Positions 9,806 to 19,756 of a stretch of 64,000 nt of DNA are shown in pieces. The position numbers were made by a program, and so were the translations under genes. Numbering within the stretch: position 1 is the first letter of the stretch; each line of letters opens with the position of its first letter. The notes below the pieces were generated by a model, which had not been told where the DNA came from, searched no databases, and was given only the letters and a program-made list of their open reading frames with translations. Source of the DNA: Alphaproteobacteria bacterium (GTDB taxonomy: Bacteria > Pseudomonadota > Alphaproteobacteria > UBA828); the NCBI GenBank assembly GCA_965221125.1, contig CBDCRW010000005.1:608001-672000 (forward strand), in the 5' to 3' direction.

Positions 9806-11425
9806 ATGGCGCTCGACCAGGTCGACCAGGCGATCATCTCTCAGGCGCTGATCGCCGCCGCGAAGGAAATGGGGATCAAGCTCGTGCGCTCGGCCTATTC
9901 GCCGATCGTGCGCGAGGCCAACGACTGCTCGGCCGCGCTGCTCGACGTGGACGGCAACGTGGTGAGCCAGGCGGAGCTCATTCCCATGCAGCTCGGCCCC
10001 ATCGGCACCACCTTCCGCCCCTGCGCCGCGCTCTATCCGCCCGAGACACTGGAGCCCGGCGACTTCTACATCAACAACGACCCCTACAACGGCGGCCAGC
10101 ACATCCCCGACATCTTCATCTTCACGCCCATCTTCTACCGTGACCGGCTCGTGGGCTTCAGCGCGACCGTCGCCCACCACCTCGATCTCGGCGGCGGTGC
10201 GCCGGGTCTCAACATGGCGGCCGGCGACGTCCACCAGGAGGGCCTGATCTTCCCGCCCAGCCGCTACAACGTGAACCGCGACTGGAACGGCGGCCCCTTC
10301 GAGCGCCTGGTGCGCGCGAACGTCCGCGTGCCCGAAAAAACCATCGGGGATTGCAACGCCCAGTTTGCGGCCAACGGCGTGGGCGCGCGGCGCGTGGTCG
10401 AGCTCTGCGAGAAGTTCGGCGCGGACGCGGTCACGGAGGCGATGGCGGGGCTGCTCGACTACGCCGAGCAGCGCATGCGGGCCGCGATTGCCGCCGCGCC
10501 CGATGGCGTCTACGCGGGCCGGGACCAGCTCGACAGCGACGGCGAGAACGACGAGCCGCTGGTGGTCCGCGCGCGGGTGGAAATCGCGGGCGATACCGTC
10601 TCGGTCGACTACGAGGGCACCTGCGACCAGGTACGCACCAACGTCAACTGCCCCTTCGCGTCCACCATCGCGGCGGGGCTCTCCTGCATCAAGTCGGTGC
10701 TGACCAGCCCCGACATCCCCTTCAACGAGGGCGCGAAGCGGCCCATTACCATCGCCGCGCCCTACGGCTCGCTGCTCAATCCCCGCCCGCCGGCGCCTGT
10801 GCGCGCGCGCATGCTCTCCGCCTACCGCGCCTACAACGCGGTGATGAAGGCGCTGGCCCACGCGGTGCCCGAGCAGGTGATGGCCGCCGGCTTCGACACC
10901 ACGCATGCCACCTGCCTCTCGCACCTGGGCGAGCAGGGCTACGGCATCTACCTCGAGATTTTCGGCGGCGGCTACGGCGCGAGCGCGCTGGGCGACGGCT
11001 GCGACGCGGTGGACAGTCCGCTGTCGAACTGCTCGAACATCCCCGTCGAGGCCATCGACATGGAGCACGCCTTCTTCCGCGTAGCCGAGTACGCGCTCGT
11101 GGCGGGCTCGGGCGGCGCCGGGGAGAACCGCGGCGGGCTCGGGGTCCGGCGCGTCTACGAGGTCCTCGCCGACGACGTCGAGTACCAGTCCTACTCGGAC
11201 CGCTTCACCATCGCGCCGGAGGGGCTCTTCGGCGGCGCGGACGGCGGGGCGGCGTTCGTCAGCGTGCTGCGCGGCAACCAGGAAATCTCGCTCGGGTCCA
11301 AGACGAGCTTCCGGCTGGCGAAGGGCGACCGCGTGGTCATGAGCACCGGCGGCGGCGCGGGCTACGGCGACATCGCCCGCCGCACGCCCGAACGCGCAGC
11401 CCAGGACCGCGTGGACGGCGCCTGA
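9806..11425 (+). CDS. Hydantoinase B/oxoprolinase family subunit
   Basis: RSAYSPIVRE, NDPYNGGQHIPD, AHHLDLGG, SGGAGENRGG, GGGAGYG. Confidence 0.93.
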   Translation: MALDQVDQAIISQALIAAAKEMGIKLVRSAYSPIVREANDCSAALLDVDGNVVSQAELIPMQLGPIGTTFRPCAALYPPETLEPGDFYINNDPYNGGQHIPDIFIFTPIFYRDRLVGFSATVAHHLDLGGGAPGLNMAAGDVHQEGLIFPPSRYNVNRDWNGGPFERLVRANVRVPEKTIGDCNAQFAANGVGARRVVELCEKFGADAVTEAMAGLLDYAEQRMRAAIAAAPDGVYAGRDQLDSDGENDEPLVVRARVEIAGDTVSVDYEGTCDQVRTNVNCPFASTIAAGLSCIKSVLTSPDIPFNEGAKRPITIAAPYGSLLNPRPPAPVRARMLSAYRAYNAVMKALAHAVPEQVMAAGFDTTHATCLSHLGEQGYGIYLEIFGGGYGASALGDGCDAVDSPLSNCSNIPVEAIDMEHAFFRVAEYALVAGSGGAGENRGGLGVRRVYEVLADDVEYQSYSDRFTIAPEGLFGGADGGAAFVSVLRGNQEISLGSKTSFRLAKGDRVVMSTGGGAGYGDIARRTPERAAQDRVDGA

Positions 11426-11479
11426 GGGAGCCGGCCGCTACGTATACGGCTTTTCCGACACCTTGCGGCGGGGAGTGCG

Positions 11480-12208
11480 ATGAAGGACCGCGTCGTTCTC
11501 ATCACCAACGTCGAGCACTTCGTGGGCCGGCCCGTCGCGGCGGAGCTTGCCGCGCAAGGGGCGAGCGTGGTCTGCCACGACGGGAGCTTCGCCGATGCCG
11601 CCGCCGCGGAGGCGTTCGCCGCCGCCAATCCCGCGCTCAGCACGGTCCGTGCTCAGGCGCCGGCGGAGATCGTCGCGGCCGCGACCGAGGCCTGCGGCCG
11701 GATCGACGTGGTGGTCTGCAACGACGCGGGCGCTGCCGTCCGCGCGCCCATCGAGGCGGCGCGCCCCGACGACCTGCGCGCCGCGCTCGAGGAGATGACG
11801 GTCTTTCCCTTCGAGATGGCGAGCGCCGTCGTGCCGCAGATGAAGGCGCGGAAGAGCGGCAAGATCCTGTTCATCACCTCGGCGACGCCGCTAAGGGGGC
11901 TGCCCAACTACTCGATGTACGTGGCAGCGCGCGGCGCCACCAACGCGCTCACGGTCTCGCTCGCCCAGGAGCTCGGGCGCGACAACATCCAGGTCAACGC
12001 CATCGCGCCCAACTATGTCGAGAGCCCGACCTACTTCCCGCCCGAGCTGGTGAACGATCCCGCGACCCTGGCGAAGATGACCCGCAACATCCCGCTGAAG
12101 CGCCTCGGCAAGCCGGAGGAGGTCGCCGCGCTGGTGGCCTTCTACGCCTCCGACAGGAGCGACTTCATCACCGGCCACGTCATGCCCTTCGCCGGCGGCT
12201 GGGCCTGA
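11480..12208 (+). CDS. Probable halohydrin dehalogenase (SDR fold)
   Basis: T9-x4-F-x-G (TNVEHFVG) in place of TGxxxGxG; S134-x12-Y147-x3-R151 triad; APNYVESPTYFP loop. Confidence 0.85.
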   Translation: MKDRVVLITNVEHFVGRPVAAELAAQGASVVCHDGSFADAAAAEAFAAANPALSTVRAQAPAEIVAAATEACGRIDVVVCNDAGAAVRAPIEAARPDDLRAALEEMTVFPFEMASAVVPQMKARKSGKILFITSATPLRGLPNYSMYVAARGATNALTVSLAQELGRDNIQVNAIAPNYVESPTYFPPELVNDPATLAKMTRNIPLKRLGKPEEVAALVAFYASDRSDFITGHVMPFAGGWA

Positions 12209-12245
12209 GCGGCCCGCGCCGGCCGGCAGACCGAGGGAGAGAGCC

Positions 12246-13013
12246 TTGAGCAACATCGTGAGTGAGCACGCGGACGACTGCCTCCGCATCCGCCTTAGCA
12301 GAGGCACCGCCAACGCGCTGACGACGGCGGTCATTCAGGACCTTGCGCAGGCGGTCGCGGACGCCAACCGGGGCGCGCGCGGCGCAATGCTCTGCGGCGG
12401 CGAGAAATTCTTCTGCAACGGCCTCGACCTCGACTGGGCGCTCGCGTGTTCGCGCGCCGAGATCAAGGAGATGTTCCACGAACTGGCGGGGCTCATCCTA
12501 GCCATGCTGGAATCGCCGCGCCCCGTCGTCGGCGCGATCAAGGGCCACGCCATCGGCGGTGGCACGGCCATCTACCTCGCCTGCGACTACCGCTACGCCG
12601 CGACCGGGCACGTGCTCATCGGCAAGCCGGAAATCCTGCTCGGCATGCCCAATCCCTACTACGGCGACCAGTTGCTGCGCTTCGTGGCCGGCGACTTCGT
12701 CGCCTCGGACATGATCTACACCGGTAAGCTCGTGCCGGCCGAGGAGGGCCGCGCTCTCGGCCTCGTCCACGAGACCGGGCCGAAGGCGGAGATCGAGGCG
12801 AAGGCGTGGCAGCGCCTGCTCTTCCTGCGCGACCTCGCGCCGGAGGCGTTCCAGGAATCGAAGCGCATGCGGCTCGGCAAGTTCTGCGCCGACCTGCGCG
12901 AGCAGATGCCTGCCCGCATCGCCCGCCAGGTCGAGATCTGGTCGAGCGACGAGGCGCAGGCCCGCCTCCGCGCCGGCGCGGAGCGGCTCAGGCGCCGCCG
13001 AAATGCGGGTTAA
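12246..13013 (+). CDS. Enoyl-CoA hydratase/isomerase family protein
   Basis: FFCNGLDL, AIKGHAIGGG, ACDYRY, PEILLG. Confidence 0.85.
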   Translation: MSNIVSEHADDCLRIRLSRGTANALTTAVIQDLAQAVADANRGARGAMLCGGEKFFCNGLDLDWALACSRAEIKEMFHELAGLILAMLESPRPVVGAIKGHAIGGGTAIYLACDYRYAATGHVLIGKPEILLGMPNPYYGDQLLRFVAGDFVASDMIYTGKLVPAEEGRALGLVHETGPKAEIEAKAWQRLLFLRDLAPEAFQESKRMRLGKFCADLREQMPARIARQVEIWSSDEAQARLRAGAERLRRRRNAG

Positions 13014-14110
13014 CCGATCAGGCGGAGCGCGCGGGGGAAGGACGTGAGCGAACGCGCGCCGTCCTCGGTGACGGTCACGTCGTCCTCGATCCTGACGCCG
13101 ACGTCGCCCGCGCCGTAGAGGCCGGGCTCGATGGTGATGACGTAGCCCGGCTCCAGTATCTGGTGGTTGCCGACCATGACCTGGGGCGCCTCGTGCACGT
13201 CGAGGCCGAGGCCGTGGCCGGTCTTGTGCACGATCAGATCGGCGAAGGGCGAGGCGCGAAGCACGCCGGTCACGGCCGTATCCAGCTCGTGCGCCGTGAC
13301 GCCCGGCCCGGCCGTGCGGCGGCCGAGGGCGTTCGCCTCGCGCACGGTCTCGTAGATCTCCCCGTGGCGGTCGCTCACGTGCTCGCAAAAGAAGGTGCGC
13401 GTGATGTCCGCGCTGAACCCGTCGATCTTCGCGCCGAAGTCGATCAGCAGCGCATCGCCGGGACCGAGCGCCGTCTCGCCCGGCGTGCCGTGCGGGTTCG
13501 CCGCGTTGGCGCCCGCCAGCACGATGGGATCGAAGCCGAAGGCAGCCGAGCCGTGGGCCAGCATGCGGGTCTTGAGCAACGCCGCGATGGCCCGCTCCGT
13601 ATCGCCGGCGCGGACCTCGTCCAGGGTTTCCGCCAGCGCCAGCTCGCTGATCTCGATGGCGCGCGAGAGGCTCGCGATCTCGTCCTCGTCCTTGGCGATG
13701 CGGAGCGCCTGCAGGGCGGCGTCGGCGTTCCGCACGTCGCCGTTGCCTGAGTGGCGGCGCAGCGCATCGTACTCGAACATGCGCATCCGCCCGCCTTCGA
13801 CGCCCACCGCGGCGGCGCAGAGTGCGCGTGTCGCAGCCTCGAAGGCGTGCTCGAAGCCGTCGCTGTCCTGCCAGTAGAAGGTCTCGGCCTCGGGAAACGC
13901 GCTCGACCACTTGAGCCGCTCCAGCTCCGGCATGATAGCGAGGACTCCGCCCGCCGCCGTGACGAAGAGCAACGTCGGCCGCTCCATCAGGGGGAAGTCG
14001 AGGCCGGTGAGATAGTGAAAGCTCGGCCCCGGCACGAAGGCCGCGGCGTCGAGGCCCGCGCCCCGGATCAGCGCCGCCGCACGCTCGCGTCGCCCGGCAT
14101 GGCGCGTCAT
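13010..14110 (-). CDS. Xaa-Pro peptidase (M24 family)
   Basis: LIDFG, ADITRT, HKTGHGLGLDVHE, TIEPGLY, GVRIEDD; start overlaps GntR stop. Confidence 0.92.
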   Translation of the reverse strand: MTRHAGRRERAAALIRGAGLDAAAFVPGPSFHYLTGLDFPLMERPTLLFVTAAGGVLAIMPELERLKWSSAFPEAETFYWQDSDGFEHAFEAATRALCAAAVGVEGGRMRMFEYDALRRHSGNGDVRNADAALQALRIAKDEDEIASLSRAIEISELALAETLDEVRAGDTERAIAALLKTRMLAHGSAAFGFDPIVLAGANAANPHGTPGETALGPGDALLIDFGAKIDGFSADITRTFFCEHVSDRHGEIYETVREANALGRRTAGPGVTAHELDTAVTGVLRASPFADLIVHKTGHGLGLDVHEAPQVMVGNHQILEPGYVITIEPGLYGAGDVGVRIEDDVTVTEDGARSLTSFPRALRLIG

Positions 14111-14838
14111 AGCGCGCCGAGCCCCTCGCCGAAGCGCTCGAGCCCCATCGCCCCGCCGAAGCGGGGCTCGAGCGAGCGGGCGACGATCGCGGCGTCGGCC
14201 AGCATCATTCGCTCGATCGCGCGATCGCTCGCATCGGCATCGCCGGTGAGCACCGCCTCCGCCAGCGCCTGCAGCCGGGCGACAGACGCGCGGCGCTCGT
14301 CCGGGGTGGCGTTGGGCACGTAGTGGAGCACGCGCATGCGCATCCCCGCATCGATGACCTCGTCGAAGAACTTGATGAGAAAGATGTTGCGGGAGAGCCC
14401 CGCCAGGTGGCGCAGCACCTCCAGCTCGCTCCTGAGCGAATCCTCCCACTCGTCCGCGTCCACGGCGCGGACGAAGCGCTGCACGTTCTCGTTCAGCACC
14501 GCCGCCTCGGCCCGGCCGGAGAGCGCCGCGGCCCGGGCCACCGCGCGGCCGACGATCAGAGCGGTGTCGAGATAGTCGCCCGCATTGTCGAGCGAGAAGG
14601 GCGCCACGATGCTGGTCCGGTTCGGCAGGAACCGGACGAGCCGTTCGCCGGCCAGCAGCAGCAGGGCCTCGCGGATCGGCGTGCGCGAGACCTCGAAGCG
14701 GGCGGCAAGGTCGCGCTCGTCCAGGGCCGTGCCCGGCGCGATGCGCACCCAGAGGATTTCCTCGCGCAGCGCGTCATGGACCTGCAGCGCGCCGCGGCGC
14801 CCGCGCTTGCGTGTCTTTGCCTCGGGCTTCGCTGCCAT
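14107..14838 (-). CDS. GntR family transcriptional regulator
   Basis: LDERDLAARFEVSRTPIREAL winged HTH; FCD-like C-terminus. Confidence 0.9.
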   Translation of the reverse strand: MAAKPEAKTRKRGRRGALQVHDALREEILWVRIAPGTALDERDLAARFEVSRTPIREALLLLAGERLVRFLPNRTSIVAPFSLDNAGDYLDTALIVGRAVARAAALSGRAEAAVLNENVQRFVRAVDADEWEDSLRSELEVLRHLAGLSRNIFLIKFFDEVIDAGMRMRVLHYVPNATPDERRASVARLQALAEAVLTGDADASDRAIERMMLADAAIVARSLEPRFGGAMGLERFGEGLGAL

Positions 14839-14878
14839 GCGACGATGATCAGGCGGGCGATCCGCGCGTTCGGGGGCT

Positions 14879-14906
14879 TTGCATTATGTTGGCATAATGA
14901 TAGGCT
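14879..14906 (+). promoter_or_regulatory. Candidate promoter overlapping a palindromic operator
   Basis: TTGCAT-16-TAGGCT; CATTATG-N4-CATAATG inverted repeat at 14882-14899, between divergent GntR and catabolic operon. Confidence 0.5.
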
Positions 14907-14941
14907 GACCCGAAGTCAAGACTGACCAGGGAGAGCATGAC

Positions 14942-15934
14942 ATGACGCGATCCATCTCATTTGTGCTGGCGGCTGCGGCCCTGGCCCTCGCCCTTGCCGC
15001 ACCGGCAATGGCGGACTCCAAGAAAGTCGCCTTCTTCGCGGCCTCTTCGCAGAACGGCTTCAACCAGGCCACGTACGAAGGGGTCGAGGAGATGGCCATC
15101 AAGCTCGGCTACGAGGCCGAGATCTACGACGGCAAGTTCGACGCCATCCACCAGTACAGCCAGATCGAGGACGTGCTCGCCAGCGGCCGCTTCGCGGGCA
15201 TGATCGTGGCGCCCAACGACCCCGTCGGCATCTCCGGCGCCTTCGAGCAGGTGATCGAGGCCGGCGTGCCGATCGCGACCGTGCTCTTCCCCATCGGGCC
15301 GGACCTCACCACCCTGCAGCCGCAGGTGGAGGGAATCACGTCGACCGTCGCATCGCCGCCCGTCGACGGCGCCACCTGGCAGGCCGAGGCCGCGGCGGCC
15401 CATTGCGCGGACAAGGACCCCTGCAACGTCATCATCATCATCGGCTTCAAGACCTTCCCCTTCGACAATCTCCGCCTCGAGACCTTCGAGAAGGTCCTGG
15501 CCGGGTATCCCAACATCAAGATCGTGGGGATCGGCGAGGGCTGGTATTCGCCGGATACCTCGCTGAAGGCGATGCAGGACATGCTGCAGGCGGCGAAGGA
15601 CGTGCACGTGGTGCTGTCCAACGCCGACCAGCACCTGGTGGGTGCCGAGATCGCGCTGGAGGCCGAGGGCTACAACGTGGCCGACCTCTACCTCATCGGC
15701 GGCGGCGCGGCGGCGATCTCCATCGAGGCGATTCGCGAGGGCCGCTGGGATGCGACGCTCGCCTACTTCCCCAAGACCATGGGCGCGCTCGCCATGGAGC
15801 AGATCGCCAACGCCATCGAGGGCAAGCCCGTCGACAACGCCATCAACATGGACGTCTCGGGCCCGCTCCAGGCCATGATCGACAAGGCCATTCTCGACGC
15901 GAACCCCGACTTCAGGGGCGAGTGGGAGCAGTAG
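14942..15934 (+). CDS. Sugar-type (RbsB-like) ABC substrate-binding protein
   Basis: Sec signal peptide; periplasmic binding protein type 1 pattern. Confidence 0.85.
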   Translation: MTRSISFVLAAAALALALAAPAMADSKKVAFFAASSQNGFNQATYEGVEEMAIKLGYEAEIYDGKFDAIHQYSQIEDVLASGRFAGMIVAPNDPVGISGAFEQVIEAGVPIATVLFPIGPDLTTLQPQVEGITSTVASPPVDGATWQAEAAAAHCADKDPCNVIIIIGFKTFPFDNLRLETFEKVLAGYPNIKIVGIGEGWYSPDTSLKAMQDMLQAAKDVHVVLSNADQHLVGAEIALEAEGYNVADLYLIGGGAAAISIEAIREGRWDATLAYFPKTMGALAMEQIANAIEGKPVDNAINMDVSGPLQAMIDKAILDANPDFRGEWEQ

Positions 15935-15998
15935 CCGACGATACTGCCTGCCGGGGCCTTCGCGCCCCGGCGGCGCACTCGCGCCGGGAGATGCCGCG

Positions 15999-18026
15999 TT
16001 GACCCGACACTACCGGGTGTCCGCCGATATCGGCGGCACGTTCACCGATATCGTCTACCAGGATTGCGAGTCCGGCGCCTGCGGTGCGGCAAAGGTTCTC
16101 TCGACGCCCGACGACCCGGCCCTCGCCGTGCTCCGGGGCATCGAGACGGCGATCCCTGCCGAAGCCGCCATCGATTTCTTCGTGCACGGCACCACGGTGG
16201 GGCTGAACGCGCTGCTCACCCGGCGGGGCGCCAAGGTGGCGCTGCTCACCACCGAGAATTTCCGCGACATCTACACGATCCAGGGCAACGACCGGGGCGA
16301 GATCTTCTCTATCCGCTGGAACAAGCCCGAGCCGCTGACGCCGCTGGAGCACACCTTCACGGCGCGGGAGCGGATGGCGGCGACCGGCGAGGTCGCGACC
16401 CCGCTGGAGACCGCCGACCTCGACCGCCTCGTGGACGCGGTGAGCGAGCAAGGCTTCGAGGCCATCGCCATCGCCTTCCTCTTCGCCTTCAAGAACCCCA
16501 AGCATGAGCTGGAGGCGGCGGACTATCTTGCCGCCCGCCTCCCCGGCATCCCCATCGGGCTCTCGCACCGCGTCTCGCCCGAGTGGCGGGAGTTCGAGCG
16601 GACGTCGACCACGGTGATGAACAGCTACCTCGCGCCGGTCGTACGCGGCTATCTGGAGACCCTGATCGGCGGGCTCAGCGACCGCCTGCCGCGAGGCCGG
16701 GGGCTCCACGTCATGCAGTCCAACGGCGGCGTGATGACGGCGGAGACCGCGAGCGAGACGCCGCTGCAGACGCTCCTTTCCGGCCCGGTCGGTGGCGCCA
16801 TCGGCGGCCGGGCGCTCTCCGCCGCGACCGGGCGGCCCAACCTCATCTGCATCGACATGGGCGGCACCTCCTTCGACGCGAGCCTCATCATCGACGGGCT
16901 GCCGTCGGGCTCCAACCAGGCCAAGCTGGAAGGGCTGCCGGTGCAGATGTCGGTGGTGGACATCCACGTCATCGGCGCGGGCGGCGGCTCCATCGCGTGG
17001 GAGGAAGCGGGCGCCATGCGCGTGGGCCCCCAGTCCGCCGGCTCCATGCCGGGGCCGGCCTGCTACGGCCTCGGCGGGACGGAGCCCACGGTCTCCGACG
17101 CCAATCTCGTGCTCGGCCGCCTCGACGGCGCGAATTTCTCGGGCGGCGCCATGACGCTCGACCGCGCAGCGGCGGTGCGTGTGCTGGAGGGCATCGGCGC
17201 TTCGTTCGGGCTTTCCACCGAGGCCATGGCGCAGGGCGTCGTCGATGTCGTGAACGCCAAGATGGCGGACGCCATCCGCACGATCACGGTCCAGCGCGGC
17301 ATCGACCCGCGGGATTTCTCGCTCGTCGCCTTCGGGGGCGCCGGGCCGGCGCAGGCCGGCGCGCTCGCCGAGGAGCTGCAGATCCGCGAGGTCATCGTGC
17401 CGGTGCACCCCGGCGCGTTCTCCGCCTGGGGCATGCTGCAGACCGACGTGCGCCACGACTACAAGGAGACCCTCTACGGCTTCTGGGACCTCATGGAGCC
17501 GGCAGCGCTCGAAGCCGCCTTCGCGGGGCTGGAGGAGAGGGGCCGCCGGCACCTGCTTGCGGAAGGCATCGCCGAGGACGCCATCGCCTTCGAGCGCTCC
17601 ATCGACTTCCGCTACTACGGGCAGGAGTACGTCCTCACCATCCCGGTTCCAGATGGGCCGATCGACATGGCGGCCGTGCGCACCAGCTTCGATGTGGCCT
17701 ACGATCGGCAGTACGGCCATTCCAGCCCGGAGAACCGCGTCGAGATGGCGAATATCCGACTGGCCGCGCTCGGCCGCCTGGCGCGCCCGGATTCCGCGCC
17801 GCCCGCGCAGGAGCCCGCGCGGGAGCCACGCGAGCGCGACGTCTTCTTCGCCGGCCGGGCGCTGAGGACGCCGGTCCTCGACCGCAACGGGCTTGAGATC
17901 GGCGATGCCGTGCCCGGCCCTGCGATCATCGAGGAGACGACGGCGACGACGCTGGTGCCGCCCGGCTGGCAGGCCGCGGTGATCGAGGGCGGCCACCTCT
18001 CCATGACGCTGGAGGCGGGATCATGA
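15999..18026 (+). CDS. Hydantoinase/oxoprolinase family subunit A
   Basis: DIGGTFTD, HGTTVGLNA, SGPVGG, DMGGTSFD, GAGGGS. Confidence 0.93.
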   Translation: MTRHYRVSADIGGTFTDIVYQDCESGACGAAKVLSTPDDPALAVLRGIETAIPAEAAIDFFVHGTTVGLNALLTRRGAKVALLTTENFRDIYTIQGNDRGEIFSIRWNKPEPLTPLEHTFTARERMAATGEVATPLETADLDRLVDAVSEQGFEAIAIAFLFAFKNPKHELEAADYLAARLPGIPIGLSHRVSPEWREFERTSTTVMNSYLAPVVRGYLETLIGGLSDRLPRGRGLHVMQSNGGVMTAETASETPLQTLLSGPVGGAIGGRALSAATGRPNLICIDMGGTSFDASLIIDGLPSGSNQAKLEGLPVQMSVVDIHVIGAGGGSIAWEEAGAMRVGPQSAGSMPGPACYGLGGTEPTVSDANLVLGRLDGANFSGGAMTLDRAAAVRVLEGIGASFGLSTEAMAQGVVDVVNAKMADAIRTITVQRGIDPRDFSLVAFGGAGPAQAGALAEELQIREVIVPVHPGAFSAWGMLQTDVRHDYKETLYGFWDLMEPAALEAAFAGLEERGRRHLLAEGIAEDAIAFERSIDFRYYGQEYVLTIPVPDGPIDMAAVRTSFDVAYDRQYGHSSPENRVEMANIRLAALGRLARPDSAPPAQEPAREPRERDVFFAGRALRTPVLDRNGLEIGDAVPGPAIIEETTATTLVPPGWQAAVIEGGHLSMTLEAGS

Positions 18027-19744
18027 ACGACACGCGTGCGCGGAACGTGGCGGACCCGGTGACCACCGAGATCGTGCGCAACTTCGTCATCTCCTGCGCG
18101 GAGGACATGAACGCCTCGCTCTGGCGCTCCGCCCATTCGGCGGTCATCTACGAGGGCCGGGACAGCGCCGTGGGCCTGCTCGATGCGAACGGCAACATGC
18201 TCGGGCAATCGAGCGGCGTGCCGCTCTTCATCGGCGCCATCGACGCCAACGTCCACCACGTGATCGACTACTACGGCGACGACATCGCGCCCGGCGACAT
18301 CTTCATCATGAACGACAGCTACATGCAGGGCTCCCACCTGCATGACGTCTCCGTGGTCGGGCCCATCTTCTTCGACGGCGCGCTGATCGGCTTCGGCGCC
18401 GCGCGCGCACACTGGAACGACATCGGCGCCATCGACCCCGGCACGGTCATGGGCTCCACCAACATCTATCAGGAGGGGCTGCGCCTCGGGCCCACGCGCA
18501 TCGTGGCCCAGGGCAAGCCCATCCGCGAGTGGTTCGACCTGCTCCGCCTCAACACCCGGATGCCGGACGCGAGCATCGGCGACCTCGGCGCCCAGATCGC
18601 CGCCGTGCGCACCGGCGAGCGCCGGCTGTCGCAGCTGCTGGAGCGCATCGGCATCGAGACCTACCGGGCGGCCTGCGACAACATCTTCGAGCAAGCGCGG
18701 CGCATGGACCGCGAAGCCATCGCCGCGATCGAGGACGGCACCTGGTACCGCGAAGGCTACCTCGACAGCGACGGCGCGGGCGACGACCCGGTCAAGGTCG
18801 CGCTCAAGCTCACCGTCGAGGGCGAGGCGCTGATCGTCGACCTCGAGGGCTCGTCCGGCATCGTCCCCGGCTCGGTCAACTGCGGCGCGAGCCAGACCGT
18901 CTCGCTGCTGCGCCTCGCCTACAAGACGATGATCAACCCGGAGCGCGCGATCACCGGCGGCTCCTTCGAGACCATGACCGTCCGTATCCCCGACGACTGC
19001 ATGTTCAACGCCAGGGAGCCGGCGGCCTGCGAGTGGTACTTCACCGGCCTCGGCCTGCTGGCGGACCTCTTCATTTCCTGCCTCTCCGAAGCGATCCCCG
19101 AGCGCTCCACCGCCGCCCACTATGGCGATTCGATGGTCTCTCTCTTCTTCTCCGTCGACCGCACGCGGGGCCAGTGGATGTCCATCGAGGCCACGGCCGG
19201 CGGCTGGGGCGGCCGCAACGACGGCGACGGCCAGAGCGCGCTCATCAACCTGGTGAACGGCAGCTTCCGCAACATCCCGGCCGAGGTGATGGAGACGAAG
19301 TTCCCCGTCCGCCTCGAAGAATTCTCCATCCGCACCGATTCCGGCGGGCCGGGGCGGCACCGGGGCGGCTGCGGCGTCGTGCGCCGCTACAGGACGCTCG
19401 AGGACTGCTACTGCGCGCTCTGGTTCGAGCGCTCGCGCACGCCGGCCTGGGGGCTGAACGGCGGGAGCGACGCGCGCGGGCCGGAGGTCGAGATCACCCA
19501 CGCCGACGGCGCGTGCGAAGGGCCGCTCAAGATGCGGGCGCGGCCCGTCGCGGCGGGCACCGTGGTCGAGACCAGGACCGGCGGCGGCGGCGGCAACGGC
19601 GACCCCAGGGCGCGCCCCTTCGAAGAGGTGCGGCGCGACGTGCAACGGGGCTATGTTTCCCCCGACGGTGCCTGGAGGGACTATGGCGTGCGGATCGGCC
19701 CTGGCCTCTCCATCGACGTGCAGGGGTCCGAACCGCGCGCCTGA
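18023..19744 (+). CDS. Hydantoinase B/oxoprolinase family subunit
   Basis: [40 protein letters not shown]; ATGA overlap. Confidence 0.93.
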   Translation: MNDTRARNVADPVTTEIVRNFVISCAEDMNASLWRSAHSAVIYEGRDSAVGLLDANGNMLGQSSGVPLFIGAIDANVHHVIDYYGDDIAPGDIFIMNDSYMQGSHLHDVSVVGPIFFDGALIGFGAARAHWNDIGAIDPGTVMGSTNIYQEGLRLGPTRIVAQGKPIREWFDLLRLNTRMPDASIGDLGAQIAAVRTGERRLSQLLERIGIETYRAACDNIFEQARRMDREAIAAIEDGTWYREGYLDSDGAGDDPVKVALKLTVEGEALIVDLEGSSGIVPGSVNCGASQTVSLLRLAYKTMINPERAITGGSFETMTVRIPDDCMFNAREPAACEWYFTGLGLLADLFISCLSEAIPERSTAAHYGDSMVSLFFSVDRTRGQWMSIEATAGGWGGRNDGDGQSALINLVNGSFRNIPAEVMETKFPVRLEEFSIRTDSGGPGRHRGGCGVVRRYRTLEDCYCALWFERSRTPAWGLNGGSDARGPEVEITHADGACEGPLKMRARPVAAGTVVETRTGGGGGNGDPRARPFEEVRRDVQRGYVSPDGAWRDYGVRIGPGLSIDVQGSEPRA

Positions 19745-19756
19745 TTGCGGGAAGTG

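Noticed and set aside
14889-14906. Sigma-54 promoters (here and near 47035-47050)
   Set aside because: TGGCA is present but GC is not at the required -12 spacing.
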